From assembly GCF_006345805.1 (NCBI RefSeq), contig NC_043011.1, positions 66,290,464 to 66,354,463 on the forward strand: 64,000 bases of DNA, written 5' to 3'. The notes under the pieces were generated by a model. The model saw only the letters and a program-made list of their open reading frames with translations, was not told where the DNA came from and did not search any database. Position numbers and translations under genes: made by a program. Below, one piece after another: positions 40,632 to 54,700 of the stretch (position 1 is its first letter; every line of letters begins with the position of its first letter). The stretch comes from Octopus sinensis (lineage: Eukaryota).

Positions 40632-43600
40632 ATAATAACAATAATAAATATTAGGGAATAAATCCAAACTTACAGGGAAAAATCAGATTTAGGATTGAAT
40701 CCAATTTATAGTAAAATATTATATTATATAAATTAGAGACAAAACCACTATTATGAAAATCAAACAAAGAAAGACTTAATCGAATACATAAATTAATTTA
40801 TATAATTTAGAAATTTAACAATTATTAATATCCAATTAATTTCTTTGTTTGATTTGCATAATAGTGGTTTTGCCTCTAATTTATATATATATATATATAT
40901 AGCAATACATTTATAATTTTCAAAATATTTTATAGCATAAAATATACTCATTCGCCATTCAACCGTGCAGAGTGTTAATTCAATTTTCATTTATTATTTC
41001 GTAATAAACTATTCGTTGCACCAACTCGTAGCCTATCACTGACAGTCTGTAATTGTTTTAGTTTCAACATAGTGTTTCAGGTGAAACACCGTTCACGGCG
41101 AGTACACTTCATAAAGCGCCTTTCCCTATCATGTATAGAGATATACTACTTTACATCCCTTCTCTTTACAGATGATCTGCCAATCAACAATATTTACTAC
41201 AGCTGTGGGTATGTTACTGAATTGATGCACAACAAAATAGGCTCAATGCTACCACAATAACACACCTGTGTTATTCTGAAGATTTTACTAAAACTACAGT
41301 CATGTGACTATGAAATACGTCATCACAGTTATGTGAATGAAAACATAGTAACAACATTTTTATTTCAATTTTACTTTTAATTAAACCATGAAAATTCAAT
41401 ATCTAGTAAATTATTTTATGGTTTTACTGCAACCAAGAGGAAGATAGCGACCACGCTGGAGTTCTGTGTACGTAATTTCCATTACTATGGTTTTCGTAAA
41501 ATTGCAGGAACGTTCTTCAGGAATTGCAAAATAGTAAAGACCCCAGGGAATACTGAAACTAATGTACTTTCACCCCAGGTATACCATTCAATTGCTATGG
41601 CAATATATTCAAAATTTGCAGGCCAACACACTTATGTATACAGTTTATTTAAATAATGGTTTCAATTACAAAATTTCTATGTAGATTGCTACAGATAATT
41701 ATAAGGATTATAGTTATTATGTATAAGGCATCGAGCTTCCATAATCTTTAGCACATTTGGCGAAATGCTCAGCGGTATTTTGCCTGTCTCTGCATTCTGA
41801 GTTCAAATTCTCCCTAGATCGAAATTACATTTCATCCTTTAAAGGCTGAAAAAATTCGTAATGGAAGGAACATAAACCTTTCACAGACTCGTCTCCTGGC
41901 TACCCTACCCGGATGTGGGTTTCATATTTCCAGCATCTTTGTCTCACATGTAGTACTACTTCTCTCTCCGGTTGTTTCTATGAACACTGAACGCCTCAGC
42001 AGCAGCAACAGCGCATACCACCATTCTGATGACCTCACAGTATGGTGGCAGTATGAATGTGATATCCCTTTGTCTACCTACTGTTGTCGATGTTTCTGTA
42101 AAGATCTTTATGTAAGTAATGTGCGAGAGTGAAGTAGATTTTCTCGAGTTAAGGACAAGAGAACAGGAACTCGTCCTAAGATTAACCTATGACACTACAT
42201 TATGTCGATGCTTATAACTTGAATAGTTTCTGCTTCAGGGGGCATGAATGAGAAAGGCCATCCATGATAATTTCATTATCGAAGAAGCATCACATGGCAC
42301 ACAGAATTGCCTGGACTTTACGTACACGAAATCTAGAACAGGCATGTGAAAAGTGATTGCACATGTAATACTTGTTAGTATAAATACTTCGTTGAAAATC
42401 TATATTGTCAAGTCCAATTAGAAATTACACAAGAAAAACCAAGGAGCAGCCATCTTTGTCAGTGTAACTGGGGGCGTAGCCTACATTTTCATCACATAGG
42501 ACGACAAAAAATGCAGGTAATCCTTAGTTGTGATAGTTGTAATACTATTGTGCAGATATGTAGAGGATATCAACAATATCATTACGACAGTCCTATTGAT
42601 GATTCTTCGGACGCCTAGGGAATTACGATGGAGTACATTAAGAGTATAGCTAACTCCATCGACCAGAGTATGAAGGTAGCGATTACCTACTACACTAAGC
42701 ACCAGAGCAACATATTTCCTGTTTTAGTTACAGGACTTTAGTTACAGATTACGAACAAGTTCCAACACTTCCACAGCGTTTATATAAAACTCAGAGCTTC
42801 CAAATACGTCCTTTATAAGAATTCAGTTTTATCACTCAATAAGAGAACAAGTATATACATAGCGGATTTCGTCAGGATAATGAAGAACATATTTCCCTTT
42901 TCAGACCCTGTGAAATAATGTGGCATGCACAGGACTTTATGTTTAGTATGCATTTCGCAGTCTACGACGGGTCATATTGGCGAAATGGAATATATATTCA
43001 TATATCTATTTGTATATGGACACATTACCATCCCTAACACATTTTTGGATCGATCCAGCCTACATGCAATGTATAGTTTGATATATAAACACATGTATTC
43101 TTTCCTTTAAAATGATAAAGGAACGTTAGAGCAGTTCAAGGCAAAAGAGATGCTACAATAAATGTTTGTTTACGAAAATGCGGATGAGAGGATTCGAGCC
43201 TGATATTGCATTTAATAACTTTTGCAGGTTAACAATTCACAAGATGATTCCAATACATTAAAATGCATAACGCTTCATGGTTGCGAGATCATGAGAATAT
43301 ATTGTACAGATATGTTTATAGTTTAATACCGTCCATATGGTGCTTATTACACTTTCCATTCCATACATTTTCAAAAATATATGCTAAAATAGATTTACAT
43401 AAATGCTGATCTGAGTGTAAAATAAGTTTGTCACGAAAGAGAGAGAGGAATTTATATCATTCACAGCAAAAAAGAAACGGTTGTTAAGTACCGAAATGAT
43501 CAGTCTTCGGCACATTATCAATTTCTCATCACTAAATGCATATTTTATCATTCGTTTCATTCTTCAATCTCGACAGCACATTCTTCCTGATAATATGACA

Positions 43601-44150
43601 ATGAAGTTTGAGTTATAACTTATAGTGAGCCAGTCATTGATTTTGTGTAGTTCTTTATTATTGTATTGTAGATTACAATCGTATCATTTCTGTCAGTATG
43701 GGTTCAGCTTTCTCAGTAAACTGATGAAAATGACACCGCATTTTAGATAAGGCTCATCACATTCAGTGGAATGATAATAGGCTGACACGACATACTTCTT
43801 TAAAAAAGATCATCCGAGGAGCAGTGTTTTACGCATTGGATGCATAATGTCAATTACACAAGAACTAACCTGTGTACAGCAGGTTTTCAATGCGCTGAAA
43901 CTGTTGAAAACAAAAAGTCATGCGTTCCGTTTCCTATCATTTGCCTATTTACCTAAACTCTACGGATACTGCTGTATGTAGAGTAGCAAGATCATTTGTG
44001 GCGTGTGATGACATCTGGCAGTCAGTAAATGTGAAAGGGCTTTGCACATGCGCACATACAAACGCACATGTTCCTTCAATGGAAGTAACAGAGATACAAG
44101 CAATATTCAAAATATTTCTCTCTGTAGCTTTCATCTTTGACTTGTTTCAG
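40197..44150 (+). pseudogene. Decayed long ORF, copy P3
   Basis: Nearly identical to P2, including the in-frame stops I checked. Confidence 0.6.
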
Positions 44151-45429
44151 TCATGAGACTGCGGCAAAAAGGGGTCACCGCCGTGAAAAGTTCTTAGTCG
44201 AACGAATTGACACCAGTACGTATACCATACACCTGGTACTTATACTATTGTTCTCTTTGCCTAATCGCTAATCTATTGGGGCTGAAACCTGCCAACACCA
44301 GTTGTCAATCGGTTGTGGTGTCCAAATAAAGACACAAGAAACATGTATAGGACATATACGTGTAGATATGAGTGTGCGTATGCGTGCGGGTGTGTGTGTG
44401 TTTGTAAAAGATGGGTTGCTTTTAGTTTCCTTCTACCATATACATTCACAAGACACTGGTCGACCGGAGGCCACAGTAGAGGGTATTTACCCAATGTATC
44501 ACGCAAGGGCCTGCACCAGGTAACATCTGATCGGGAATCAAGTTTCGTACTCCACATAATCGCCTACGCCTATATACTGCATGGCTTTTTGATATATTAA
44601 TTTGCAAATACATATAGGTCTTGAGGCCGAGGTTCGATTTAGACGTAATGCCATGAGTATTTAGAATTGCATGTACCAGTGCATGCACAACTTTATAGAA
44701 ATAAATACGCATATATCTCTAAGTCATGTTTCGCATGTATAATTAAAAGGAGATAAACTGAGAGAAAAAACCCTTAGAGTTTATTTGATTGTAATTCAAA
44801 AAGTAAAAAGAAAAATATATTTCATGATATCAAATATTCTTTTCTACTCTAGGCACAAGGCCCAAAATTTGGTGGGAGGGAGCCAGTCGATTATATCCAC
44901 CCCAGTATGCAATTGGTACTTAATTTATCGACCCCGAAAAGACGTAAGGCAAAGTTGTAGTATAATGCATACAACATTATTGATTGGCGAAAATATTCCC
45001 ATTTCTAAACAGGGAAGACAATTCGAAAGTAGTGATGTTAACTTGAATGAAGATATTCGAAAGATGGCATTGTTAAGTGAAGAAGATAGACAAGAACAAG
45101 TGTGTCTACATATATCAAAATATGCAATCAGCACTTTAACTGTCCTTGTATTCAGTAGACACAAAATACATTTTCGAAAAGACATCGTTAGAGGTAGTAG
45201 AGACACTTATGGGAATTAATATTATACAAGATATTGTAATAGTGGACTGAAAAAAATCATAAAAAAAGAAATACAAATGAAGGGGGAAAGAAAAATACAT
45301 AAGTAAGGAAAACAAATATGAAATGAGAAAAATTCGGAGGAAAATGTAAGATAGCTAATACAATTATAGAAAAAAAATGGTTCAAGTGAAAACAAACTAT
45401 ATTTGGTGTACATAGAAATTAATACAAGA

Positions 45430-46330
45430 TAGTAAAGGAAAGACATTCGATAGGTTATTATTTAAGACAGTAAAGAATTGAAAGTTTGATGTAATCTATG
45501 TAAAATATTAAGGGTGCGATCGTCTAATTGAGTGAGCCTAAAGTAATGAAAACGTCAAATCTCTGGAACGGAAGCATGAAATGAGAACAGAAATAGAAAC
45601 AATAAATGCAAGTGGACTTTTGAATTCAAAATAACAGCCAAAAAGATATAGATATATGCCTTTGGGATAGTTAACTTGGATGTTGGAGTAGATTGATAAC
45701 ATCTAGGGTAGCCAATATTGCCTCTTCATTAATTGTTTTTGCTAGGTGTACTAGCATGTCTAAATCATCTCTAATGAAACTTTTGATGTATTTCAGCAAG
45801 TGTTTCAGTAGGATGTCTAGAAAATTGTTTATGCGGTGGGTTTCACAGGCTGGCCCAGCCACAATGGGTCTTAAAGTCAAGTCTTCTGTCATTTGTTTAT
45901 TAATGTATTTGCCTGGTGATTGTTTACAGGTATCATCGATTATCTTGCTCTTGTGTATTTTAGAAAGGCCGTAAAAAAGACTGGGTTTACATTTGAAGTT
46001 CGTGATGTAGTCTGTTTATTTTTCTGTCAGGACTTTTCCATGTAGAAGAATTAAGGATGCAAGATTTTTCATTGTTTTTTTCTTCTTTATAGTTTATAAG
46101 GTTTCCGTAGAAGGCCTAGTTTTCTAGTATGGATAGTACTAGTTTTTTTTTACAGTGGTCTGTGTCCATCAGAATTACTGCACTTATTTTGACTGCTTGT
46201 GTAATTGCCAGGCCTTCGTCGTTTTGTAGTTCAATTAAAATTTTTCCATTCTAGATTGTTGAAGATCGAAATAATTTTTCGTTTCTGTGATGTATAAAGG
46301 AAATTTTGGATATGGTCTCAGAAGTCATCA
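45430..46330 (-). mobile_element. Penelope-like element, RT remnant
   Basis: ORF 45671..45892: LRPIVAGP.C.THR..NFLDILLK...KYIKSFIRDDLDML...LATLDV, matching Penelope RT motifs. Confidence 0.75.
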
Positions 46331-46550
46331 CTCGTAAATAACATCACACGCAGCATGGACAAAAATTTCTTCTTAAGAAAATACCTATTCAAATAAGTAA
46401 ACCATAGTATCATAAACAGTTAAAGCGAAACCGTTCGATATATAAAAACTATATTAAAACTATGTTAAGTGTGTGTATTTTCCTTTTTTTAATTTCTTAT
46501 ATATAGTACAAATCCCTAGGTGGGGATAATCGAAATTCCTCCTTTTCTGT

Positions 46551-46643
<93 letters not shown>

Positions 46644-46667
46644 GTCTGCATGTAAATGTATATGTAA

Positions 46668-46715
<48 letters not shown>

Positions 46716-46770
46716 ATGTATGTCTGCATGTAAATGTATATGTATATACATACATATATATATATATTAT

Positions 46771-46850
<80 letters not shown>

Positions 46851-46869
46851 TGTATATATAGTTATGTTA

Positions 46870-47345
46870 TATTCTGTTCCGAACATAATGGAGTACAGCA
46901 TAAAGTTCGTCGAACTTCGCATTGCTGTACCATCCAGTAGTAGTATTATACGCACTCTTAGATTTGCGTTGGGCACCTGTCGTGTGTGTATAGATAACTG
47001 AAAAAAGAAATTGGAATCAACAAAAATGAGTTCGGTGGACATTTATTGTTTAATCACTACAACTGTTTCCAAGCTACGTTGCTCTTGTGACGGGCTGGTA
47101 CTTGATTATAAAACGTTTCTCTGAATCATGAGGTTTTGTTGTGTTTCCGCCGGTGACATCTAATATTGTCTGCCTAAGTTCAAAGACTTCTTCTTCTAGA
47201 ACATCTTCTCTGTCCGTCGTGGCCTGGATTTCGTAGTTGTTATCGAGTTTATCAGTGTGTGTTCTCCGTGAAGGACCGTTGGTAAACTGGTTTGAATGTG
47301 TAAATGTAGTTAGATGGTGGTTCTGCTACTGTTAATATCGTTGCT
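46870..47345 (-). mobile_element. Probable Penelope 3' end / pseudo-LTR (GIY-YIG C-terminus remnant)
   Basis: The minus frame ends ...DSEKRFIIKYQP..., resembling Penelope ORF termini. It lies upstream of the RT remnant in the same orientation. Confidence 0.4.
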
Positions 47346-47549
47346 GTTTTAGGGGGATTGGCATTTGATATATATATATATATGTGTATATATATATATA
47401 TAGGTATACACAAACAGATATGTATACGTTATTTATATTTGACGAATATTTTCCTCATCTTGTTTCTTGTTAACACGACCTTTCGGCTGATATACCCTCC
47501 ATTCGTAATCGGATGTCTTGGGGGAAATGTCCAACCTGTGTTCTCATAC

Positions 47550-47550
<1 letters not shown>

Positions 47551-47600
<50 letters not shown>

Positions 47601-47810
47601 TAATAATAATAATAATAATAATAATAAGAAGAAGAAGAAGAAAGAAGAAGAAGAAGAAAGAAGAAGAAGAAGAAGAGAAGAAGAAGAAGAAGAAAGAAGA
47701 AGAAGAAGAAGAAGAAGAAGAAGAAGAAGAAGAAGAAGAAGAAGAAGAAGAAGAAGAAGAAGAAGAAGGGGAAGAAGAAGAAGGAGAAGAAGAAGAAGAA
47801 GAAGAAGAAA
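47551..47810. repeat. Compound (AAT)n-(AAG)n microsatellite
   Basis: Seen directly. Confidence 0.95.
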
Positions 47811-48378
47811 TGCCCTGATGCAGTACCAGGCAGTGGCTCTCATGGCTTCTGATCTTAACTGATTGGAAGTGTTATCATGTACATTGTTTTGTCTTGGTAT
47901 AAAAGATGGGCTACAGCAAATATTCTGCTCAATACCACAGATTTGCTTGTCAGTTGTTTGACCTTAACCAGTTGACCATGTCCCTTAGTGGCTGACGATA
48001 TGTGCATCTCTGATCACGAGCAGAATTAGTGGGGGAGCATCATAGCCATGTGTTGAGAGGGATTCTTTGGGGTTTGAATAGTTCACCTCTGGAAACATGG
48101 GTGGTTCTTTCAACATCCTTAAACAACCCTTATTCAGGTACCGTTTGAGCGGGATGGGCTACTCATCCTGAAGAAAATTCTAACTGGGCCCCATCTGCAA
48201 GGTCATGTGCTGTTTATCTTGATATGAGATCACCATGTCGCGCACATATGGTTGTGATGCATGTGCCTGGTGTACCTTTAACAGACGGGTAGTCATGATG
48301 GGTATATTGGGTTTCGTATATTTTACCCCAGTGTCACTTTGATGGCATGAACTGCTCTCTCACTCAATAATAATAATA
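47810..48378. mobile_element. About 570-bp non-coding insert bounded by triplet microsatellites (probable non-autonomous retroelement)
   Basis: No ORF, higher GC than its flanks, ends ...ctctctcactc(AAT)n. Single copy in this window. I recall it as a common octopus repeat (unverified). Confidence 0.45.
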
Positions 48379-48379
48379 A

Positions 48380-49432
48380 AAACAAGCACAGAAAAAGCTA
48401 GGCACATGAAAACACGTGCCAAAACTGCTGCCTTGGATATTCTGAATAATAAATGGCAAGAAAAACGTCTCTATGGCAAATACCCAAAGAGAGCGAATAA
48501 TACAGATATCGACAAAGCCCTGACCCATCAATGGCTAATGGCCTCTGGCTTAAAATCTGAAACAGAGGGGTTTATCATAGCAGCTCAAGATCAATGCCTA
48601 CCAACAAGAAACTACCAGGCCAACATATTAAAGAACGGCAGTAGCCCAACATGTCGTGTATGCCGACAACAAAATGAAACCATTTACCATGTTGTCTCCA
48701 AATGCAGTCTTCTAGCGCCTACAGAGTACCTCAATAGGCATGATAGAGCAGCACAATATATTCACTGGGTAATTTGCAAAAACCTGGATTTGCCCCATGG
48801 AAAAAACTGGTGGGAACACAGTGCTTGAAAATGACCACATCTCACTTCTCTGGAATTTCACCATTCAAACTGACAGGAAGATAGATGCAAATAGGCCAGA
48901 CATCATATTGAAAGACTTCAGACAAAGAACATGCCTCCTCATTGATATGACTGTCCCAATCGATATAAACGTATCTGTCAAGACCTACCAAAAACTGAGC
49001 AAATATAAAGATCTTGAAATAGAAATCAGCAAAATGTGGAAGCTGAAAACTAAAACAATACCTGTTGTCATAGGTTCCCTGGGAATGATAGCGAAAGGGA
49101 CTGATTGCTACCTAACTCAGATACCAGGAAACCCCAAAATGGCAGAAATTCAAAAGATAGTGCTCATGGGAACTGTTCATATCCTACGCAAAATACTCTC
49201 TATGTAATCCCAAGGTTTAAAACAAACTTTTTTTTATTTTTATTGTTTTTATTTATTTATTTATTTATTTTAATGTATTAGACATTCACTAGTACAACAC
49301 CAAAAAAAAAACAACAAAAACAAAACCCAAATATATGGCACAGAACTTCCAACCTATTGTCTCTTGAGGTCTGTGGGTGAGAAATGGAGCCAACTTGTAC
49401 AGACATAAAGCAAAAGTCAAACATAGAATACT
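48380..49432 (+). mobile_element. 5'-truncated R4/Dong-like LINE, family Y (D4)
   Basis: ORFs 48406..48828 and 48797..49207 with knuckle and RLE motifs. (TAA)n on both sides. Its 3' flank is the inverted copy of 27445-27830. Confidence 0.92.
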
Positions 49433-50909
49433 AATAATAATAATAATAATAACAATAATAATAATAACACCATCGTAAAATGCCTTAGGAATGAGAACCC
49501 AGGTTCGAAACTTCCCCCAAGACACTTGATGAAGGCTGCAGGGTATATCAGACGAAATGTTGTGTTAACAAGAAAAAAGATAAAGACAAATATCCATCAA
49601 ATGTAAATAATGTAAATAATGTAAATAATGTACATAATTCCACAACTCTTAAATATAGAAGAATATTTGTATACACACACACACATGTATATATGTGCGT
49701 GTGTGTGTGTGTCTGTCTGTCTGTGTGTTTGCATGTCTAAAATTAGGGAATGAAGTAGATAAAATCCAGGCTACATGGTTTATATAACTAGCAAAACTTC
49801 GGAAGAAGTAATTGCCTAAACGAGTATAATGCGCTAGTTACCCGTCAGGCAATCTATAATTACGTTACAATTTTCTACAAATATATAAATGCCACAGGAT
49901 TAGCATTTCAATAATTTTTTTTGAGGAATAGAAAATTTAAATATATCATATCTATGGAAATGGAAATTCATATCGAAAGCAAATTATATAATGCTTAGAA
50001 CACAATAATGTTTTAATATATTTTACAAAATATTTTATAATATACATTTTTCAAAAATATATCGTAGGGGAGTTGAAACATTTTAGGAATGACTATTAAA
50101 GAAAGAAATGAAATGAAAGTAGTAAATAATACAGCAAAATAAGGAGAACTACGCAGGTGAATGATGATGTAAATATATAATGCATAAAGAATCAAAAGAT
50201 GGATTAAATAAAGAAAAAAACCGAGAAAAATATAGCAACCATAAATTATATGTTTTTCAGATTTCTGAAAGTTATTTAAATAAAAGTTCTACCTGTCAAG
50301 CTTTATATTTCCTACCTCAGAAATCTCACACTGGCCTCCATATTTTACAATGCGAAAACAACAAAATATTAAAATAATTGTTACGGACTGCAAAAAATAT
50401 GCTTTAAAATAATGACGTGCATGTGTATAGGTATGAATCATACCGCCTTATATATGTTATTTTGTTTGTTTGCTTGCTTTGTAATGGAGTGAGCTAGCAG
50501 ATTCGTTACCACACTGGGTATAATGCTTAGTGGTAATTCGTCCGTATATCAGTCATGAGTTCAGATACTGTCGGTCTGACTTTGCCGTTCATACCTTAGA
50601 TGTAGATAAAATGAGTACAAGTTGAGAGCTGGGATTGATATAATCAACTTTCACCCACTCCTCAAATTGCTGGCTTTGTGGCAAAATTTAAAGCCACTAT
50701 ATATCGTATTTTATTTGGTTATTAAATTACATCATGTAGCTGCATAAAAAATAAACTTGTAACGAAATGCATCTTATGTTACCGAGTTACAGATTATTTG
50801 AACATTGTTTCTCACTTCCGCTTCTTACAGCAGAGCTTAGAAACAAGGTGCGTAACGTGTGATCGTCGCATTGACCGTGGCAGAGAAAGTTGTCGTAGCG
50901 ATACATATT

Positions 50910-51215
50910 TATAGGCTTTCACAGAGTTGCATAAAGCGTATGGACAGGAGTGTCTATGTCCCACACAAGTCAACGAGTCGTTCAGGCGTTTGCAAGATGA
51001 CCGAAAACGTGTCGATGTTGACGAACGTTCTGGGGGACCTGCAACTAGAAGTCAGGAAAGCATAATTTATGTGCATACAGCCGTGAGGGGAAATCACTGA
51101 ATCACCATCTGTGAGTTATAAGGGAATGTGCCGATTTGTTACGGTTCAGTTCAGTCCACTATCACTGAAGATATGGATACGAGATGTATGTCTGTCATGT
51201 TTTAGTCAAAACTGC
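50910..51215 (+). mobile_element. Old mariner transposase N-terminal remnant (different family)
   Basis: Translates as ELHKAYGQECL..TQV..FRR.QDDR..VD.DERSG.P..S...ITI.EL....I.YGSVQS.ITED, a mariner HTH region. Confidence 0.7.
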
Positions 51216-51750
51216 TTTCTCCGATCAACTCACTCTCTCTCTGTTATGGTCAATACAACGATCATGTGCTACACTCTTTATTTCAAAGCACTACTGTAAT
51301 CAGCGGAAGTAAGTTGAGACGTTAAAATTTAGTGCACAGCACAAAATGCACAACAATGCCCAACGTCAATTAGTGCCAAACGGCTTTATTCTGCAGGCTT
51401 TAGCTTCGTTACTATCAGAACAGTTCTGATACTTATTGTTAAGACTACGTATTCTCATACTTTAACGAGAATAGTATTGATTATGACTTCGAAGTTTCGA
51501 GCAGCTAAGACATAATTAGATGGCGATTCATTTTATTTTATCCCGGTGTTATTCAAAGCATTTATACTTCCAACTTATGCTTCGAAAAAAGCATTGAGAT
51601 TATTCCGGAGGGAACAAAAAGGATGTAAAGCAATGCAATCATCTCATCAGGGAAAAATAGGAAGAAAACACATCAATAAGCCATTTCAATTAAATGTAAT
51701 ACGCTTGTGGCAAATAAATAAAATTATTATTATTTTTTATCATTATTTTA

Positions 51751-51789
<39 letters not shown>

Positions 51790-54700
51790 TGTATTGTATT
51801 GGCATCCTTTCATATCCTGATACATTTCCTGCTGTGGCTGTGTAGTCCTATCCTGGACGAACACTCCTTCTGGCAGGTACCGCAAATGTAGCGAAGACAG
51901 TTCCTGGCAGGTTGTAATGCCATAGTCTCTTGTTTACGTCTCTTCCTTTCTTTCCATTTCTCCTCTCTCTCTCTCTCTGTCACTCCTTTGTATTCCCTCT
52001 TTTATGGTTGCCGGCAACTGCCTCCCAACCGCTAATATTGATGTTGCAGGCCTTCATGTCCCTTTTGCAAACATCCTTGTAACGTGCGATCGGTCTACCC
52101 ACAGGCCTAGTACCCCTAGCAAGCTCTCCGTAGAGTATGTCCTTGGGGATTCTGCCATCTTTCATACGGCTAACATGCCCAAGCCATCTCATACGTCTTT
52201 GTGTGAGGAGTGCAAACATGCTTGGTATTCCTGCTTGCCTGAGGACATCTTTGTTGGGGATATGATTCTGCCATTTGATACGAAGGATTTTTCGGAGGCA
52301 GCGCAGGTGAAAGATGTTTAGGCGACGCTCTTGGCGTGTGTATAGCGTCCAGGTCTCACTTCCATACAGTAGAGTGCTGAGTACACATGCCTGGTAGGTC
52401 TTCATTTTCGTGGTCTTGGTCAGCTTATTGTTGTCCCAAGCCCGTTTGGAGAGTTGGGCCATCGCAGCAGCTACCTTGTCAATGCGTATATTGAGCTCAG
52501 CGTCAAGGGATAGGTTGTAGGTGACGGTAGAGCACAGATAGGTAAACTTCTCCACATCTTGTAATCTGTGGTCTCCAATATGTATGTTTGGGATGTCCGA
52601 TGTAGCCTGGCTCATGATGTTGGTATTCTTAAGGCTGATAGCTAAGCCAAAGTCGTTACATGCTTGCTCAAAACAGTTAATGAGCCTTTGGAGGGCTTCT
52701 TCTGTGTGTGTTACCAGAGCGGCATCATCAGCAAATAACATCTCCTTGATCATGACGTTTCTGATTTTGGTCTTGGCACGCAGGCGCGAGAGATTGAACA
52801 GTTTCCCGTCACTTCTACTGTGCAGAAACACTCCATCATCTGATGTCTGAAAGGTATGTGAAAGTAAGAGCGAGAAGTAGATGTCAAACAATGTAGGAGC
52901 GAGGACACAACCTTGCTTTACCCCGTTTTTTTATTTGGAAGGCGGCTGATGTTGAACCGTTGTGCTGTATGGTGCCTTGCATATCATCATGGAAAGACTT
53001 GATGATCCTCAGCAGCTTTGGTGGACATCCGATTTTTTGGAGCAGGTTGAAGAGGCCTGTTCTGCTTACCGAGTCAAAGGCCTTTGTTAAATCAATGAAG
53101 GCCATATATAATGGCATTTTCTGCTCTCTGGACTTCTCCTGAAGTTGGTGTATGGAGAATATCATATCGATAGTTGATCTGTTTCTTCTAAAGCCACACT
53201 GCGATTCCGGATAGATTCGAGAAGCAAGTAGTTGTAGCCTGGCCAGGGTAACGCGGGCAAAGGTCTTTCCAAGAGTGCTTAGAAGGGATATACCACGGTA
53301 ATTGTTACAATCACCACGGTCACCTTTGTTTTTGTAAAGCGTAATGATGTTAGCATCCCGCATATCCTGAGGGACTGTACCCTCTTCCCAGCACAGAAGC
53401 TCATGAAGGTGCCGAAGCAGGATGGTGTTTTTGCCGGCATTGATGATCTCTGAGGGGATGCCGTCTTTTCCCGGAGCCTTATTTCTTGCTAGGGTGTCAA
53501 CAGCCTTGGTGAGCTCTGCTATAGATGGCGGACTGTCAAGTTCGCACATGACTGGCAAGATCTTGACACTCTCGACTGCAGCCTCAGCCACTGTGGTCTC
53601 CCGTGAGTAGAGATACTGGTAGTGCTCAGCCCATCTATCCATTTGCTTGCCTTGATCCCTGATGAGATCTCCAGTAGTTGATTTCAGATGCGCTGACTTG
53701 TTTGCGGATGGACCCAGGGCCTTCTTCTGTTCGGCATACATCCCACGGGTGTCGCCCCTGTCAGCAGCTGGCTGGATACTCTGACAGATTTCCTGCTAAT
53801 ACCGATTTGCACAGCGTCTGGCTATCAGTTGGGTTTTATTTCGTGCCTTTCTGAGTTCTTCGAGTGACTTTGTAGAAGAATCACTCTTGTATTGCACCAG
53901 AGCTGCACGCTTTGCTTCGATAACTGGCTCCAGCTCTGAGAGCCCAGCATTGAAACAATCTCGGTTTTGCCTTTCTCTCATGCCGAAAGTATCCAATGAT
54001 GTCGTATACATGGCTTCCCTGATATAGTCCCACCTACTTTTAGCAGAGGAGGTTGGGCAGCTACTGAGGGCAACCTTGATAGAAGCATCAAAACATTTTC
54101 ACAGTGTATGGTCCGAGGTTCTGGCGATGTTGGTGCGTGGTCGGCCCATTTTCTTGGAGCGATGGACTTTTTTAGGCAGAATCCTCACTCTACTTCTAAT
54201 TAGTGAGTGGTCCGTGTCACAATCCGCGCTTTGGTAACTGCCGGTCAGTAGAGTAGAATTCAGAAAGGATCTCCGTGTAATGATGAGATCCAGCTGATGC
54301 CAGTGGTGAGATCTTGGATGTCTCCAGGATGCCTTGTGGGATGGCTTGTTGGTAAAGAATGTGTTTGTAATACACAGGTTGTGGTATGTGCAGAATTCGA
54401 GTAGTCTCTGACCATTGTCATTCCTGTTGCCAATACCAAAGTGTCCAACACAAATGGGCCACGAATCATGGTCAGATCCCACGCGAGCGTTAAAATCCCC
54501 TAGAAGGTAGATATTTTCAGTCGTTGTTAGATTTTCTATGACACAGTTGAGATCTTTGTAGAACTGGTCCTTGGTCTCCTCTGAGCTGTAGAGAGTGGGA
54601 GCATAGATGCTGAGTAGATGTTCTGAGCCAGAAGAAGTCGCGAGGCGCAGTGAGAGGATACGATTTTCCCTGCCAAAAGAAGGTGAAATCCTGCTCTTTG

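Larger units (their letters stand above)
29701..45752. repeat. Segmental duplication unit B
   Basis: Colinear with 8312-27448, except that the equivalent of about 12240-16394 is missing. Confidence 0.92.
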
